A stretch of DNA of 64,000 bases, from UHGV virus genome UHGV-0039337; one strand, given 5' to 3'. Below the pieces are notes generated by a model. The model did not search any database. It was not told the DNA's origin and saw nothing but the letters and a program-made list of their open reading frames with translations. Source of the DNA: a virus. This document shows positions 1-9,829 of this stretch, piece by piece. Every line of letters begins with the position of its first letter. The stretch's first letter is position 1. The translations under genes and the position numbers were made by a program.

Positions 1-32
1 ATCCATTAATAAATCTTCTTTATTTATTTCCA

Positions 33-299
33 TTATTCCATCAAATCCTCTTCTATATCTTCAAATGTATCTGCACAAGTAAATCCTATTATTCTTATAC
101 CATTAAATGATTTCAATATTAAATTATCGTCATAAGCATTTTTATAATAGTCTAACTTGTCATCAAAATTTTCTCTTCTATTTATTATTATTTCTGGTTT
201 TTCAAAACCTTGCATATCTATTTTGACTGCTACATATCTATATCCTATTCTTTTTGCAGATTTAAAACAATTCTCTAAGTTTTTTATTGTTAATTTCAA
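33..299 (-). CDS. hypothetical small protein (apparent TTG start)
   Basis: ORF track 88 aa. Start codon on plus reads caa (TTG on minus). No recognisable motif. Confidence 0.3.
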   Translation of the reverse strand: MKLTIKNLENCFKSAKRIGYRYVAVKIDMQGFEKPEIIINRRENFDDKLDYYKNAYDDNLILKSFNGIRIIGFTCADTFEDIEEDLME

Positions 300-326
300 T
301 ATATCACCTCATTTTATTTTAACTTC

Positions 327-1943
327 TTATAGTTTATCAAGATGGTCGGCATATCCTTTCTTCTTGTTAATAGATTTAAGCGCTATAATATCCCATGATT
401 CATCTGTTATAAGTTGATATATATAACTGATACGCGATACAGAATTAGCGCGCTTAACTCTACCTCTTCTCTGTGTTTGATCAGCATATGAATTAGCTGG
501 CTCATACTCTACTAGATAATGACAATGAGATAAAGATATACCTTCTTTTATTGCATTAGTAGCAACTAATACGTTTACGTTTCCGGTATCAAACTGGTTA
601 ATTGCTATCTCATATTTTTGTTCACTGGTCATAGAACCATTAACGTAAGAGCATTCGATATTAAATGTACTTTTAATGGCTTCAACTATTATATGCTGCA
701 TACGTTCATAACGTGTAAAGATACATACTTTATTATCTGATTCTATTATAGGTTCAATAATATCAAGTAAACTATTAAGTTTAGGACTAGTAGTGTCATA
801 TATATCAAACTCTTTAGTGAATGCATTATTTGTTTGTAGAAGTGCAATACTATCTGCTAATTCTTGTGCATAAGTTTGATATGCTTGTAGATTATTTTGC
901 GCCTTAATCCACCTTTCGTCTGTTTCTTCTACTCCTTGTCGATCTAGTTTATTCAATACAGTATTAAGTTCGTCTATATTGTTATTAATTATATCGTTTA
1001 TTTCTCTCATATTTTTAGTCATAATACATATAGTAGGCGGCATAACATAAAGTTCTGGTAGTTGTCCTGCTATGTCTGATTCATCTTTTTTAAAGATATA
1101 AGGCTTAACTTTATCTATCATTTCTTCTATGTTTTTTGCATAAGCTGGACGCTTATTTCTCCATACTATATAACGATTACTAAACTTAGAATATGATACG
1201 TATATATCTGGTTTAATCATATTGAATATGCTAAATAGATTCAAGGGATTATTAGTAATAGGTGTAGCTGTCAATCCTATCTTAAGCTCTAAGTCTTTAA
1301 ACTTTAATGCTGCTTTAGTGCGTGCTGATTTATAATTACCTATAGCTTGTACTTCATCGAATATTATTCCGTATACATTATGTTCACGTAGTTTTTCATA
1401 TACTTGATCATTTTTTAATGTCTCGTAGTTTAGGATATAAATTCTGCAGTTCTCGAACTGCTTGTTGAATCTCTTTCCTGCTTTGCTAGGGGTGTCAATG
1501 ATATTAGCAGGTAAGTCTGTAAATTTATTTACTTCTTGAAGCCAATTATGTTTTAGTGATGCTTTAGTGCATATAATGATAGGTTGTTCCTGATTACATT
1601 CTAGTACAATACCAGCTCCAATAGTAGATTTACCTGATCCAGTGGGGAGTATCAGTAGACTATTAGGATTATTAAGTGCATAATATATAGCCTCTTTCTG
1701 ATAAGGATAAGGTTGTAGCTTCATATCAGTACCTATAGAGTCCCAAGGATTAATCTTAATAGTGTATTCAAATTTAGATTTGATGTCCTCAAAGTGATCT
1801 TTGAATACTATCCATTCAGAACCTTTAAATTTTTTACGAGCTCCTATAGATACCATATATGATATAAATTTTTTACAATTTGCTAAATCATTCCCTATAT
1901 ATTTAACGCTTATATTTATACCTAAATCGTCTATTAAAACCAT
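327..1943 (-). CDS. SNF2/DEAD-like superfamily 2 helicase
   Basis: 538 aa. Walker A LLILPTGSGKS, DEVQ Walker B-like box, C-terminal helicase domain with QTQRRGRVKR arginine finger. Confidence 0.7.
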   Translation of the reverse strand: MVLIDDLGINISVKYIGNDLANCKKFISYMVSIGARKKFKGSEWIVFKDHFEDIKSKFEYTIKINPWDSIGTDMKLQPYPYQKEAIYYALNNPNSLLILPTGSGKSTIGAGIVLECNQEQPIIICTKASLKHNWLQEVNKFTDLPANIIDTPSKAGKRFNKQFENCRIYILNYETLKNDQVYEKLREHNVYGIIFDEVQAIGNYKSARTKAALKFKDLELKIGLTATPITNNPLNLFSIFNMIKPDIYVSYSKFSNRYIVWRNKRPAYAKNIEEMIDKVKPYIFKKDESDIAGQLPELYVMPPTICIMTKNMREINDIINNNIDELNTVLNKLDRQGVEETDERWIKAQNNLQAYQTYAQELADSIALLQTNNAFTKEFDIYDTTSPKLNSLLDIIEPIIESDNKVCIFTRYERMQHIIVEAIKSTFNIECSYVNGSMTSEQKYEIAINQFDTGNVNVLVATNAIKEGISLSHCHYLVEYEPANSYADQTQRRGRVKRANSVSRISYIYQLITDESWDIIALKSINKKKGYADHLDKL

Positions 1944-1971
1944 TAAAGCACTCCTTTTCGTTAAGTTGTTT

Positions 1972-3753
1972 CTAAAATCTAGTTATTAAATTAGGATCTA
2001 TTTCTTTTATAAATCTAGATATCTTAACATACTTAGATTGTCCATTTATTATTTGATTTTGTGGATATAACATAAATAAATAATCTTTAGCTCTTGTTGC
2101 AGCGACAAACATTAAACGTCTTTCTTCTTCTATTTCTTTAGGAGCAGTAGATCTAAAAGATGGTAAGCATCCTTCAGCTAAATCTATTATCATTACTGCA
2201 GTAAATTCTAATCCTTTAGATTTATGAATAGTAAGTAAGTTAACTGCGTCATCTTCATCTTCTAGTTCTTCTTTGTACAATGATGCTTGTATTACTAAAT
2301 CTTCTATTGTATCATACTCTTTAGCTACACTAACTAGTTCTTGTAGATTTTCTTCTCTATCTGTTAAGTCTTCTCCTTTGTATTGTTGTTTGAACCATGC
2401 ATAGTATCCTGTATTTAATAATATATATTGTATTAGTTCATATGGTTTCATTTCTGTAACAGCTTTTTCTAATTTATTTATTACATCAACATATTCATCT
2501 ATAGAATTCTTAGCTTTACCTTTTAACGGTAAATTCTTATGAATTATAGCATCACGTACATTTAAATTATTGTCTCTGCAAAAGTTTTCTATTTTTTGTA
2601 ATGATACATCGCCTATACTACGTTTAGGACATGATACACTACGTTTAAATGCTTGAAAATCATAAGGATTGACAAGTAGTCTAAGATAACTAAGTACGTC
2701 TTGTATTTCTGCTCTATTAAAGAAAGGAACACCACCAAATATTTTATATTTGATTTTGTTTTCCATTAATACTTTTTCTACATTACGTGATAAATAATTA
2801 TTTCTATATAATATTGCCATATCTTTATAATCTACGCCTTTACTGTGCATAGTTTTAATATATGCTACTGCCTTTTTAGCTTGTTCTTGTTGTGATTTAC
2901 ATGTAGTTACTACAGCATTCATGCCTTTTATATTACGACCACATGATACTTCTTTATCTATTTGATTACTATTATGAGATATTATAGATTTGCCTATATT
3001 AACTATTGTTTCTGTACTTCTATAATTGATTCCTAAGTTATACATTTTAAGATTAGGATAAATAGCTTTTAGATTTATCATATTGTCTACATCTGAGAAT
3101 CTAAAGCCATAGATAGCTTGATAATCATCACCAACAAAGAATATGTTATTATTTGGTCCACTTAATAAATAAGTTAGTCTAGTATCAGCTATAGACATAT
3201 CTTGGCTTTCGTCGCTACTTACATATTTCCATCTATTGTTTATAGTTTCTTTAATGTCTTCGTGTAGTTCTAATAATTTTATAGTATTAAATATTAAATC
3301 ATCAAAGTCCATAACCATTTGTCTTTTAAGTTCATCTTGATATTTTTCATACATATCAGCTACTTGTTTTTCTGTATCATTTGTAGCATTATTCATTGCT
3401 TGTTGAGGAGTTTGGTAATGTGCTTTAAATGCAGCTATAGATGTTTTTATAAGTCCAGCATCTATATTATAAGCTTTGCTTAATTGTTTTATTATCTTAT
3501 CACTATCATTTTCATCCACTATAGTAAATGTTTTAGTATATTCTAATCTATCTGCATATTGTCTTAGTATTCTATTACATATGCTATGATAAGTACCAAC
3601 AGTAATTCTTTTTCCTTTTTCTCCTACTTTATCTACTATACGTTCTTTCATTTCATTAGCTGCTTTATTTGTAAAAGTAGTTAATAATATATTTGCTGGA
3701 TCTATACCATTTAATATCATATATTGAGCTCTTGCTACTATGACTCTAGTTTT
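1972..3753 (-). CDS. UvrD/PcrA/Rep-like SF1 DNA helicase, exon 2
   Basis: The ORF extends in frame upstream of its first Met to ...SKTRVIVARAQYMILNGIDPANILLTTFTNKAANEM, matching UvrD motifs I/Ia (GKTRVLV, TFTNKAA). The Walker A glycine stretch is missing from this exon and is supplied by exon 1. Confidence 0.8.
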   Translation of the reverse strand, partial: KTRVIVARAQYMILNGIDPANILLTTFTNKAANEMKERIVDKVGEKGKRITVGTYHSICNRILRQYADRLEYTKTFTIVDENDSDKIIKQLSKAYNIDAGLIKTSIAAFKAHYQTPQQAMNNATNDTEKQVADMYEKYQDELKRQMVMDFDDLIFNTIKLLELHEDIKETINNRWKYVSSDESQDMSIADTRLTYLLSGPNNNIFFVGDDYQAIYGFRFSDVDNMINLKAIYPNLKMYNLGINYRSTETIVNIGKSIISHNSNQIDKEVSCGRNIKGMNAVVTTCKSQQEQAKKAVAYIKTMHSKGVDYKDMAILYRNNYLSRNVEKVLMENKIKYKIFGGVPFFNRAEIQDVLSYLRLLVNPYDFQAFKRSVSCPKRSIGDVSLQKIENFCRDNNLNVRDAIIHKNLPLKGKAKNSIDEYVDVINKLEKAVTEMKPYELIQYILLNTGYYAWFKQQYKGEDLTDREENLQELVSVAKEYDTIEDLVIQASLYKEELEDEDDAVNLLTIHKSKGLEFTAVMIIDLAEGCLPSFRSTAPKEIEEERRLMFVAATRAKDYLFMLYPQNQIINGQSKYVKISRFIKEIDPNLITRF

Positions 3754-4936
3754 CGAATTTGTTATCGTGAGGCTTTTTATCCTTCACTTCTACGGCTATT
3801 AACCGTAGTCCAGCATATTTTTTCGTGTGATTACTAACTGTGAACACGGTGCGGCCTCGTGGGTTCATTATACTCCTTACTTATAAGGTAAGGGATCAGA
3901 ACCTATGCGTTGCGCCTGGTCGATATTACTATCGTCGCTCACATTACTGCTCGCTAGCTTTTCAGCACCTTCGGTCTCGAGTAGGCTGTCTTTTGACTTT
4001 ACGCCATCCTCGCTTAATTCCGCACTAATACTCTCAGGATTTCTCACAGTCTTATCCTGAGACGGCAATATTCTAAATACTTATTATATTTTCTATCTAA
4101 ATAAACGGTAGCATCTTTATATATATAATCAAATATTTTTTTTAACGAATCAATTTTAAAAATATTTAACGAAGGAACTCTATTTTTATTATTATATATA
4201 TGAATATCATCTTCTTTTAATGTAGAAGTATTTATGATGGCGTTTTTTATATCTTCTAGTACTTGGAAATTATAAGAAACAATTGACCATTTGCAATTTC
4301 CTTTTGTTTTCTTTTTGCCAGATAAACTAAAAGATCCATCTCCATCAAAAACGCCTCTTATAAAATGATGCATAAATTCTTCTGGGATGTTTGGAATTTT
4401 CCATCCATAAGTTTTATTGTGCATTACACCGAGTTCTCTTAATCTATTTGCCATATATGGATCTTGAATAGTAAGTCTATAATATGCATATCCAGATACT
4501 ATCCTAGTGCTGATTTTATGTTCAGCTTCCATATCTGTTTTAAATTTTTCTATGTGTTCCTTATCTTTTATGCATACTTCTAAACTATTCTTTTTTGATA
4601 AATGACCATCAGCAAATATAAAGCCTAACCAATATGCACTTTTTTCATTCCATTCATCAAAGAATTTATTATTAAAATATTTTTTATTATGTTGTGCATG
4701 TTTGGTATTTATTCCTTTTTCGTTAAATTTTTTAGCTAAATAATTTCTATCTCTTTCTAATAATTCAGCTACTTTTGTTAAACTTAATCCATTATTATAT
4801 AATTTGATTGCTATGTTTAATTCTTCTTCAGATATTGATTTTCTAGGCATAGTTAAATTTCTCCTTTATAAAAATATATTTAACTATTTATTACCTAGAC
4901 ATGCCGTTTATTTATTTAAGCATTTAAAAATTATCT
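3754..4936 (-). mobile_element. group I intron (about 1.18 kb) interrupting the UvrD-like helicase within Walker A codons
   Basis: A split P-loop gene. A LAGLIDADG ORF starts about 86 nt into the insert, with its own RBS. A GC-richer structured block of about 290 nt (3754-4043) lies 3' of the ORF. The 5' exon ends in U (GGT) and the intron ends in G. The spliced product reads TATAGAG|KTRVIV, a valid [AG]x4GKT P-loop. Confidence 0.65.
4044..4850 (-). CDS. LAGLIDADG homing endonuclease (intron-encoded)
   Basis: 268 aa with two LAGLIDADG motifs (YWLGFIFADGHL and FIRGVFDGDGSF). Near-paralog of ORF 36563..37357. Confidence 0.85.
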   Translation of the reverse strand: MPRKSISEEELNIAIKLYNNGLSLTKVAELLERDRNYLAKKFNEKGINTKHAQHNKKYFNNKFFDEWNEKSAYWLGFIFADGHLSKKNSLEVCIKDKEHIEKFKTDMEAEHKISTRIVSGYAYYRLTIQDPYMANRLRELGVMHNKTYGWKIPNIPEEFMHHFIRGVFDGDGSFSLSGKKKTKGNCKWSIVSYNFQVLEDIKNAIINTSTLKEDDIHIYNNKNRVPSLNIFKIDSLKKIFDYIYKDATVYLDRKYNKYLEYCRLRIRL

Positions 4937-5038
4937 ACCTGCACCAGCAGTAGCAGTAGTTAAACTAGGTCCTTTTATATGCTTAACAGCTGCTTTTTGT
5001 CCGTCGTTTAATCCTTGCAGCAATTCTTCTGCATTCAT
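4937..5038 (-). CDS. UvrD-like helicase exon 1 (N-terminal about 34 aa)
   Basis: Translating the minus strand from ATG at about 5036-5038 (RBS GGAGG upstream) gives MNAEELLQGLNDGQKAAVKHIKGPSLTTATAGAG. This is the canonical UvrD N-terminus (L-N-x-x-Q-x-x-A-V ... AGAG). A stop follows 2 codons later inside the intron. Confidence 0.6.
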
Positions 5039-5081
5039 ACATTAATACCTCCTTTTAAATAATTTATTATACTATCACCTT

Positions 5082-5573
5082 CTAATAATGGTAATCTATT
5101 GTGTTTCCAAAATAATAAGTTATTTCTTTTGTGTCTGGCAAGTTTCTTACGAAGTTATCAATTGATCGTAAGACATTATTACAACAAATGTAAAATCCAA
5201 ATTTTTCATTTACTAATTGTTCTAAACTATATGCTGTAGTACTATTAATAAAATCATCTAGGTTCATTTCATCAACAGTTTGTTGTAATTTATTAAAGCG
5301 CTCGAAAAAATACATTCTTTTAAAATTTGGTGAAAATGTAATACTTTCTACTACTGTATCAGTACTATTTACCGTAAAGAATCTGTTGTATTCTTCCATG
5401 CATTCAAGAAACCATTCAATGTTTTCATTTCTATCTGTATTTTCATATACATAATCTGCTACTTGTCCAATAAACCATGCATGGTGGTTATCATAACCAA
5501 AATCATCCTCATCTAACCTATAATCATCTATGTTTCCTCTTGATTTTTCCAATTGAAATATTGTACTATGCAT
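5082..5573 (-). CDS. hypothetical protein
   Basis: 163-aa ORF, co-directional with neighbours. No motif recognised. Confidence 0.4.
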   Translation of the reverse strand: MHSTIFQLEKSRGNIDDYRLDEDDFGYDNHHAWFIGQVADYVYENTDRNENIEWFLECMEEYNRFFTVNSTDTVVESITFSPNFKRMYFFERFNKLQQTVDEMNLDDFINSTTAYSLEQLVNEKFGFYICCNNVLRSIDNFVRNLPDTKEITYYFGNTIDYHY

Positions 5574-5620
5574 AATTAATATAGCCAGTAGAATTAACTA
5601 CTGGCTCTCCTCCTCTTTTA

Positions 5621-5824
5621 TTAAAAATTGTTATTATTAGTAAGTTCATCCATAAGATCTCCACTATTATCATAATATTCAGGTTTTTCTGTTTGAGATT
5701 CTTCTACTCCTCCTACTGCTACTAATAATTCATTAAGAGTTTGTTCGCATACTCCTCCAGTAAAACCATTGGCTTCTAACTTAGCGTTACCATCTTTTCC
5801 TATTTTTACTTGTATAGTTCTCAT
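5621..5824 (-). CDS. DUF2997-like small protein
   Basis: 67 aa (MRTIQVKIGKDGNAKLEANGFTGGVCEQ...). Resembles the DUF2997 family (..IEI.VD..G...LE..GFTG..C..). Paired with the DUF1257-like ORF nearby. Confidence 0.4.
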   Translation of the reverse strand: MRTIQVKIGKDGNAKLEANGFTGGVCEQTLNELLVAVGGVEESQTEKPEYYDNSGDLMDELTNNNNF

Positions 5825-5847
5825 ATTAATTATTTCCTCCTTAAATT

Positions 5848-6075
5848 TTATAAAATATTTATATCATAAATTTTTGTTTTTCTAATTTCTATTGTATAAA
5901 GCATATCGTTTATTTCTGCATCAAAATAATTATTTTCATTTGCATTTGTTATATAACTAATTCCATTATCATCTAAGTATTTAATGTATTCTTCTTTTTT
6001 ATATCGTGCACTTTCTATATTAGCACATACGTCTACATTTATTTCGCCATCAAATGACTCTATTACTACATACAT
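5848..6075 (-). CDS. hypothetical protein
   Basis: 75-aa ORF. Confidence 0.3.
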   Translation of the reverse strand: MYVVIESFDGEINVDVCANIESARYKKEEYIKYLDDNGISYITNANENNYFDAEINDMLYTIEIRKTKIYDINIL

Positions 6076-6097
6076 TATATATTTCCTCCAGTTTTTA

Positions 6098-6119
6098 ATA
6101 AAAAATATAAGGGGCTAAT
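6098..6119 (-). terminator. rho-independent terminator (hairpin aaggggc/gcccctt plus T-run on minus strand)
   Basis: Perfect GC hairpin followed, on the minus strand, by ATATTTTTTATT. Lies downstream of ORF 6130..6531. Confidence 0.5.
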
Positions 6120-6129
6120 GCCCCTTATA

Positions 6130-6531
6130 CTAAAATTGTACTGCTGTTATTACTATTTCACCATTTTCATCAACTTCAACAGAATCTATATCAAATCCCA
6201 TATCTGTTAATCTATCTTGATATAATTCAGAATTATAATTTTGTGCTATTCTGTTCATTAATGCATCTTGTTTTCCGTCTCCTCCTAAGCCAGTTCCCCA
6301 AGTATCACCTACTAAAGTAACTCCGCCGTTGTCGTCAACTTTAACTCCTAAGCTTAAAACTTTACCGTCTTTAACAAATGCTGCTGAACATTCTTCATGT
6401 CCCCAAGAATTAGATATACTATTAACTGTATAATCTAAAGAAACACCCATTGATTCTAAACCTTTTTCTAACATTTCCATATCTACTGCTTTTTCCATAG
6501 TATTGTTTTTAACTGATTTCCAAATTGACAT
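6130..6531 (-). CDS. DUF1257-like protein
   Basis: 133-aa Gly-rich protein. Co-occurs with the DUF2997-like ORF, a pair known from cyanobacterial and phage genomes. Confidence 0.35.
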   Translation of the reverse strand: MSIWKSVKNNTMEKAVDMEMLEKGLESMGVSLDYTVNSISNSWGHEECSAAFVKDGKVLSLGVKVDDNGGVTLVGDTWGTGLGGDGKQDALMNRIAQNYNSELYQDRLTDMGFDIDSVEVDENGEIVITAVQF

Positions 6532-6613
6532 AATTTTACCTCTTTCTTTTTATGCATAACGCATATTCTGCTTTGACCTAGTGGTGCAGACAACCACTTT
6601 ATTTTTTAATATT

Positions 6614-7009
6614 TTAATTAATTTTTGATTTGTCTACATTTTCTAATAATGTAGTTCTTTTTTGTTCTATAAAATCTTGTGCTACTTGTTCAGTAGTGTC
6701 TAATACTTGTTGTGTTGTACGTATCATAGCATCTATATTTTCACCTAAAATTAAATCAGGTATAAAATCTCTGTATACTATTAATATATCTTTTAATGTT
6801 TTATTGTTTACGCCTGTAATAGATTCTCCTAGCGCATCATTTATTTCTATTAGTCTATCAATGCAAGTTAATGCTTCACTAGATAACTGTAAAGCTTTTT
6901 CCATTAAATTTACTACATATTGAGTATCATCATCTATACTTTCTGAATGCGCCGGAGACACCACGGCTTCTTTTTCAAACATATCTTCTTCAAAGATATC
7001 ATCACGCAT
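6614..7009 (-). CDS. hypothetical protein
   Basis: 131-aa ORF. Confidence 0.35.
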   Translation of the reverse strand: MRDDIFEEDMFEKEAVVSPAHSESIDDDTQYVVNLMEKALQLSSEALTCIDRLIEINDALGESITGVNNKTLKDILIVYRDFIPDLILGENIDAMIRTTQQVLDTTEQVAQDFIEQKRTTLLENVDKSKIN

Positions 7010-7045
7010 GCCTTCATCCTCCTTTTATAATTTATTTACATGCTA

Positions 7046-7618
7046 TTAATTATTTTTTGCTAATAATTTACTAGCAGATTGTACTGATTTAGTATTTATT
7101 TTTCTGTTAGATTTTTGTTTAGGTTCTTCTGATGCATATAATGCTCTACCTTTAGCCCATTCTTCTAAATCTTTTATCTTTTCTTGAGAAGATATAGTTA
7201 TAGGTATTACATCATTTTTAGCTGCTATTAAATCTGCTTTAGTTACTTCAAACTTCTTACCTTCTTTGGTACATCTTAAGAATGCTTTCTTCATGCTATT
7301 TTTAACTATTTGTTCTATTTCTGCTCCAGTATATCCTTGAGTTTCTACTGCTATATCTTTTATTATTTTTTCAGATACATCTAAACCTTTTTTGTTTATA
7401 TGGACTTTGAATATTTCTTTTCTTTCTTCTAAGTTCGGAGTATTGAAAAACCATATATTATCGACTCTACCGGCTCTAGTTAATTCTGGTGGTAAATCTT
7501 TTACATTATTACTAGTCATAATACAGAATATACCATTAGTATTATCATTTAACATTTCTAATATAGTTCCAAAGACTCTTGATAAAGTCCCTGAATCTGA
7601 AGCGTTTGAACTTGCATA
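7046..7618 (-). CDS. AAA+ ATPase, exon 2 (sensor-1, arginine finger, sensor-2 region)
   Basis: The in-frame upstream extension reads ...YASSNASDSGTLSRVFGTILEMLNDNTNGIFCIMTSNNVKDLPPELTRAGRVD. This is the AAA+ second-region-of-homology (EMDG-like, TSN sensor-1, RAGR arginine). Confidence 0.7.
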   Translation of the reverse strand, partial: YASSNASDSGTLSRVFGTILEMLNDNTNGIFCIMTSNNVKDLPPELTRAGRVDNIWFFNTPNLEERKEIFKVHINKKGLDVSEKIIKDIAVETQGYTGAEIEQIVKNSMKKAFLRCTKEGKKFEVTKADLIAAKNDVIPITISSQEKIKDLEEWAKGRALYASEEPKQKSNRKINTKSVQSASKLLAKNN

Positions 7619-8776
7619 CGTTTTGTTATCAATAGGCTTTTTATCCTATTTTCTGGGGCATTATACCCATTATGAACCTGTTAATTCAGGTTCCAGTCCA
7701 GCATATCTTTTCATGGATTAAATACCACACCATGGAACGGCCTCGTGGACACATTATATTCTACATAGTAGTTTCAGTGTCTATGCGTTGCGGCTGGTTA
7801 AGCTTTTAAACTTATCCTTCACCTCTGATTACGGACATTACCCGCTTTCCAGATTTTTTCCGTTCTAATAATTCTAAGACTTCTGTGGTTTCGTCTTAGA
7901 ACGGCTAATAAATCGTCCTTTTTCATCTCTTGAGATATATGGATGCTCAAGAGCATGACAGTCTTGACATAATGTGATTCCGTTATTAATATCATTAAAT
8001 TCTTTTGAATTTAATATCTTATCTATATTCATATCATATTTATTGCATATATCATATAATTGATTTACATGGTGAGCATGTAAGTTCTTTTTTGTTTTAC
8101 ATTTAGAACATTCATATTTGTCTCTTTTAAGGATCTTTGCTCTCCATTCATCATATTTTTCATGCGTGCGTAAATAATGCGAAATTTCTTTGTAAGTTTC
8201 TTTCTTATTGGTTCTATATTCATCATAGCATTCTTTACTACAAAAGTGCTTTTCGGCTCTATTATATGCATATTTATTTTTTTCAAATTCTTTATTACAA
8301 TTATCACATATTACAATTTGAGTTTCTTTTTTTGCATATTCAATTCTGCATTTTTTATTACAGAAATGCAGATTATGTTTATTTTTAACAGCTAGCACTT
8401 CTTTTCCACAATTATTACATTTAACAAATTCTTTATTTTTACGTTGTTCTGCTATTCTGCATTCAATAGAACAATATTTTGGAATTTGTCCACGCTTACT
8501 TTGTTTATTATAATATGATTCTTTAAGCTTAAAATTTTTACCACAATGTTGACAAATAAGCGAAATTTCTTTACTATATTTTACTTTTCCTTCTTGTTTT
8601 GCTAATTTAGCATGCTCTTTACAGCAATGAAATACTTTATTTTTGCTTTCATTGTATCTTGTAATGGTAATTTTAAACTCTTTATTACAATAATTGCATT
8701 TGACTATCATTATATATCACGTCCTTAATATATTTATTTATTAAGGTATTACCGTGAATGAACGATTTATTTATTT
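7619..8776 (-). mobile_element. group I intron (about 1.16 kb) in AAA+ ATPase gene between Walker B and sensor-1
   Basis: Exon 1 ends ...IDEVEKNLGG (GGT, ends in U). An HNH ORF starts about 66 nt into the insert. The 255-nt structured block 7619-7873 carries the same conserved core (ggcctcgtgg ... ctatgcgttgcg) as the UvrD and clpX introns. The intron ends in G (acG|TAT). Confidence 0.6.
7874..8710 (-). CDS. HNH homing endonuclease with multiple zinc-ribbon repeats (intron-encoded)
   Basis: 278 aa with repeated CxxC...CxxC modules. The C-terminus HAHHVNQ...N...LCQDCHALEH is an HNH motif. Confidence 0.75.
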   Translation of the reverse strand: MIVKCNYCNKEFKITITRYNESKNKVFHCCKEHAKLAKQEGKVKYSKEISLICQHCGKNFKLKESYYNKQSKRGQIPKYCSIECRIAEQRKNKEFVKCNNCGKEVLAVKNKHNLHFCNKKCRIEYAKKETQIVICDNCNKEFEKNKYAYNRAEKHFCSKECYDEYRTNKKETYKEISHYLRTHEKYDEWRAKILKRDKYECSKCKTKKNLHAHHVNQLYDICNKYDMNIDKILNSKEFNDINNGITLCQDCHALEHPYISRDEKGRFISRSKTKPQKS

Positions 8777-9811
8777 ACCTCCCAAGTTCTTCTCTACCTC
8801 ATCTATTAATAATACACAAGGAGCACAAGATTCAACTAAAGTTTTAACTTGAGCAATCTTTCTTTCTGATTCACCAACAAATTTAGTAAGGACAGAACTC
8901 ATATTTAATTTTAAAAATGGTACGTTTAATTCATTAGCTATAACTTCTGCCATATAACTTTTACTAGATCCTGGAACTCCTAATGCTAAATATCCTTTAG
9001 GCATATCAATACCTATTTCTCTAGCTTTAGGAGACATACATATTTTAGTTTCTTCGAACCATTCTTTAAATCTATGATTACCTCCTACATCATTCATTGT
9101 TGCTTTTGCCTCTTTGTAGTCTAACAAACCACTTGATTTTATCATAGATATTTTCTTTTCTTTTAACATTTCATAACTTAATTCATCATATTTAACATAT
9201 GATTCATCAAGAATTTCTATTATTTCTCTTCTACTATAACCTATAAAGTATTTATATACTTCTTCTGTATCTATTTCTTGATTTCTTACTTCAGCATAAT
9301 CATTTATTAATTCTTTTATATCTTCATCTGTTAATTCGTCATAATTTAATTCTTTAAACAAATGGTCTAATGTTGCATTTGATTGATGAGTAGGACTAAT
9401 AACTATAATAGGAGTATATATAGATTGTTTAAATTCTAATATTTCTCTGAATACTCTGGACCATGCATAATTTCCATATAATAAATCCATATCTTTTAAT
9501 ATGATAGCTGATAGTTCCATACTTTCTTTATCGCTTTGTATCTTATTATATAAAGATAATATAGCGGCACCACTAGTACCATTTTTAACTCCACTACTTT
9601 TATCTAGCATTTCTTTTACTATATTATTTTTACTATCAGTATTTAATTTATATATACCGGAAGATGGTTCAAAATCATATATAACATCTATACCTTCTTC
9701 TTTTAGAGTATTTATAACAGAAGCTACAACTTCTTTTTCTTGTTCAGATTTAATCCATATAGCTTCTTTTTTTATTTCTAATAATAAAGCTAATTCTTTA
9801 TTAAATTTCAC
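8777..9811 (-). CDS. AAA+ ATPase, exon 1 (N-domain plus Walker A/B)
   Basis: About 345 aa with Walker A GVPGSSKS, FVGESERKI, and Walker B VLLIDEVEK. Confidence 0.7.
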
Positions 9812-9829
9812 TTATTTATTTCATCTCCT

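Noticed and set aside
157-417. Plus-strand ORFs lying inside or opposite minus-strand genes (this ORF and most other '+' entries in the track)
   Set aside because: They overlap well-supported minus-strand genes antisense, are low-complexity (poly-F/L/I/S from AT-rich antisense codons), and lack RBSs. Shadow ORFs.
4851-5081. Treating the 230-nt gap upstream of the LAGLIDADG gene as a plain promoter region
   Set aside because: Manual translation shows it encodes the UvrD N-terminus (exon 1) followed by the first roughly 86 nt of the intron.
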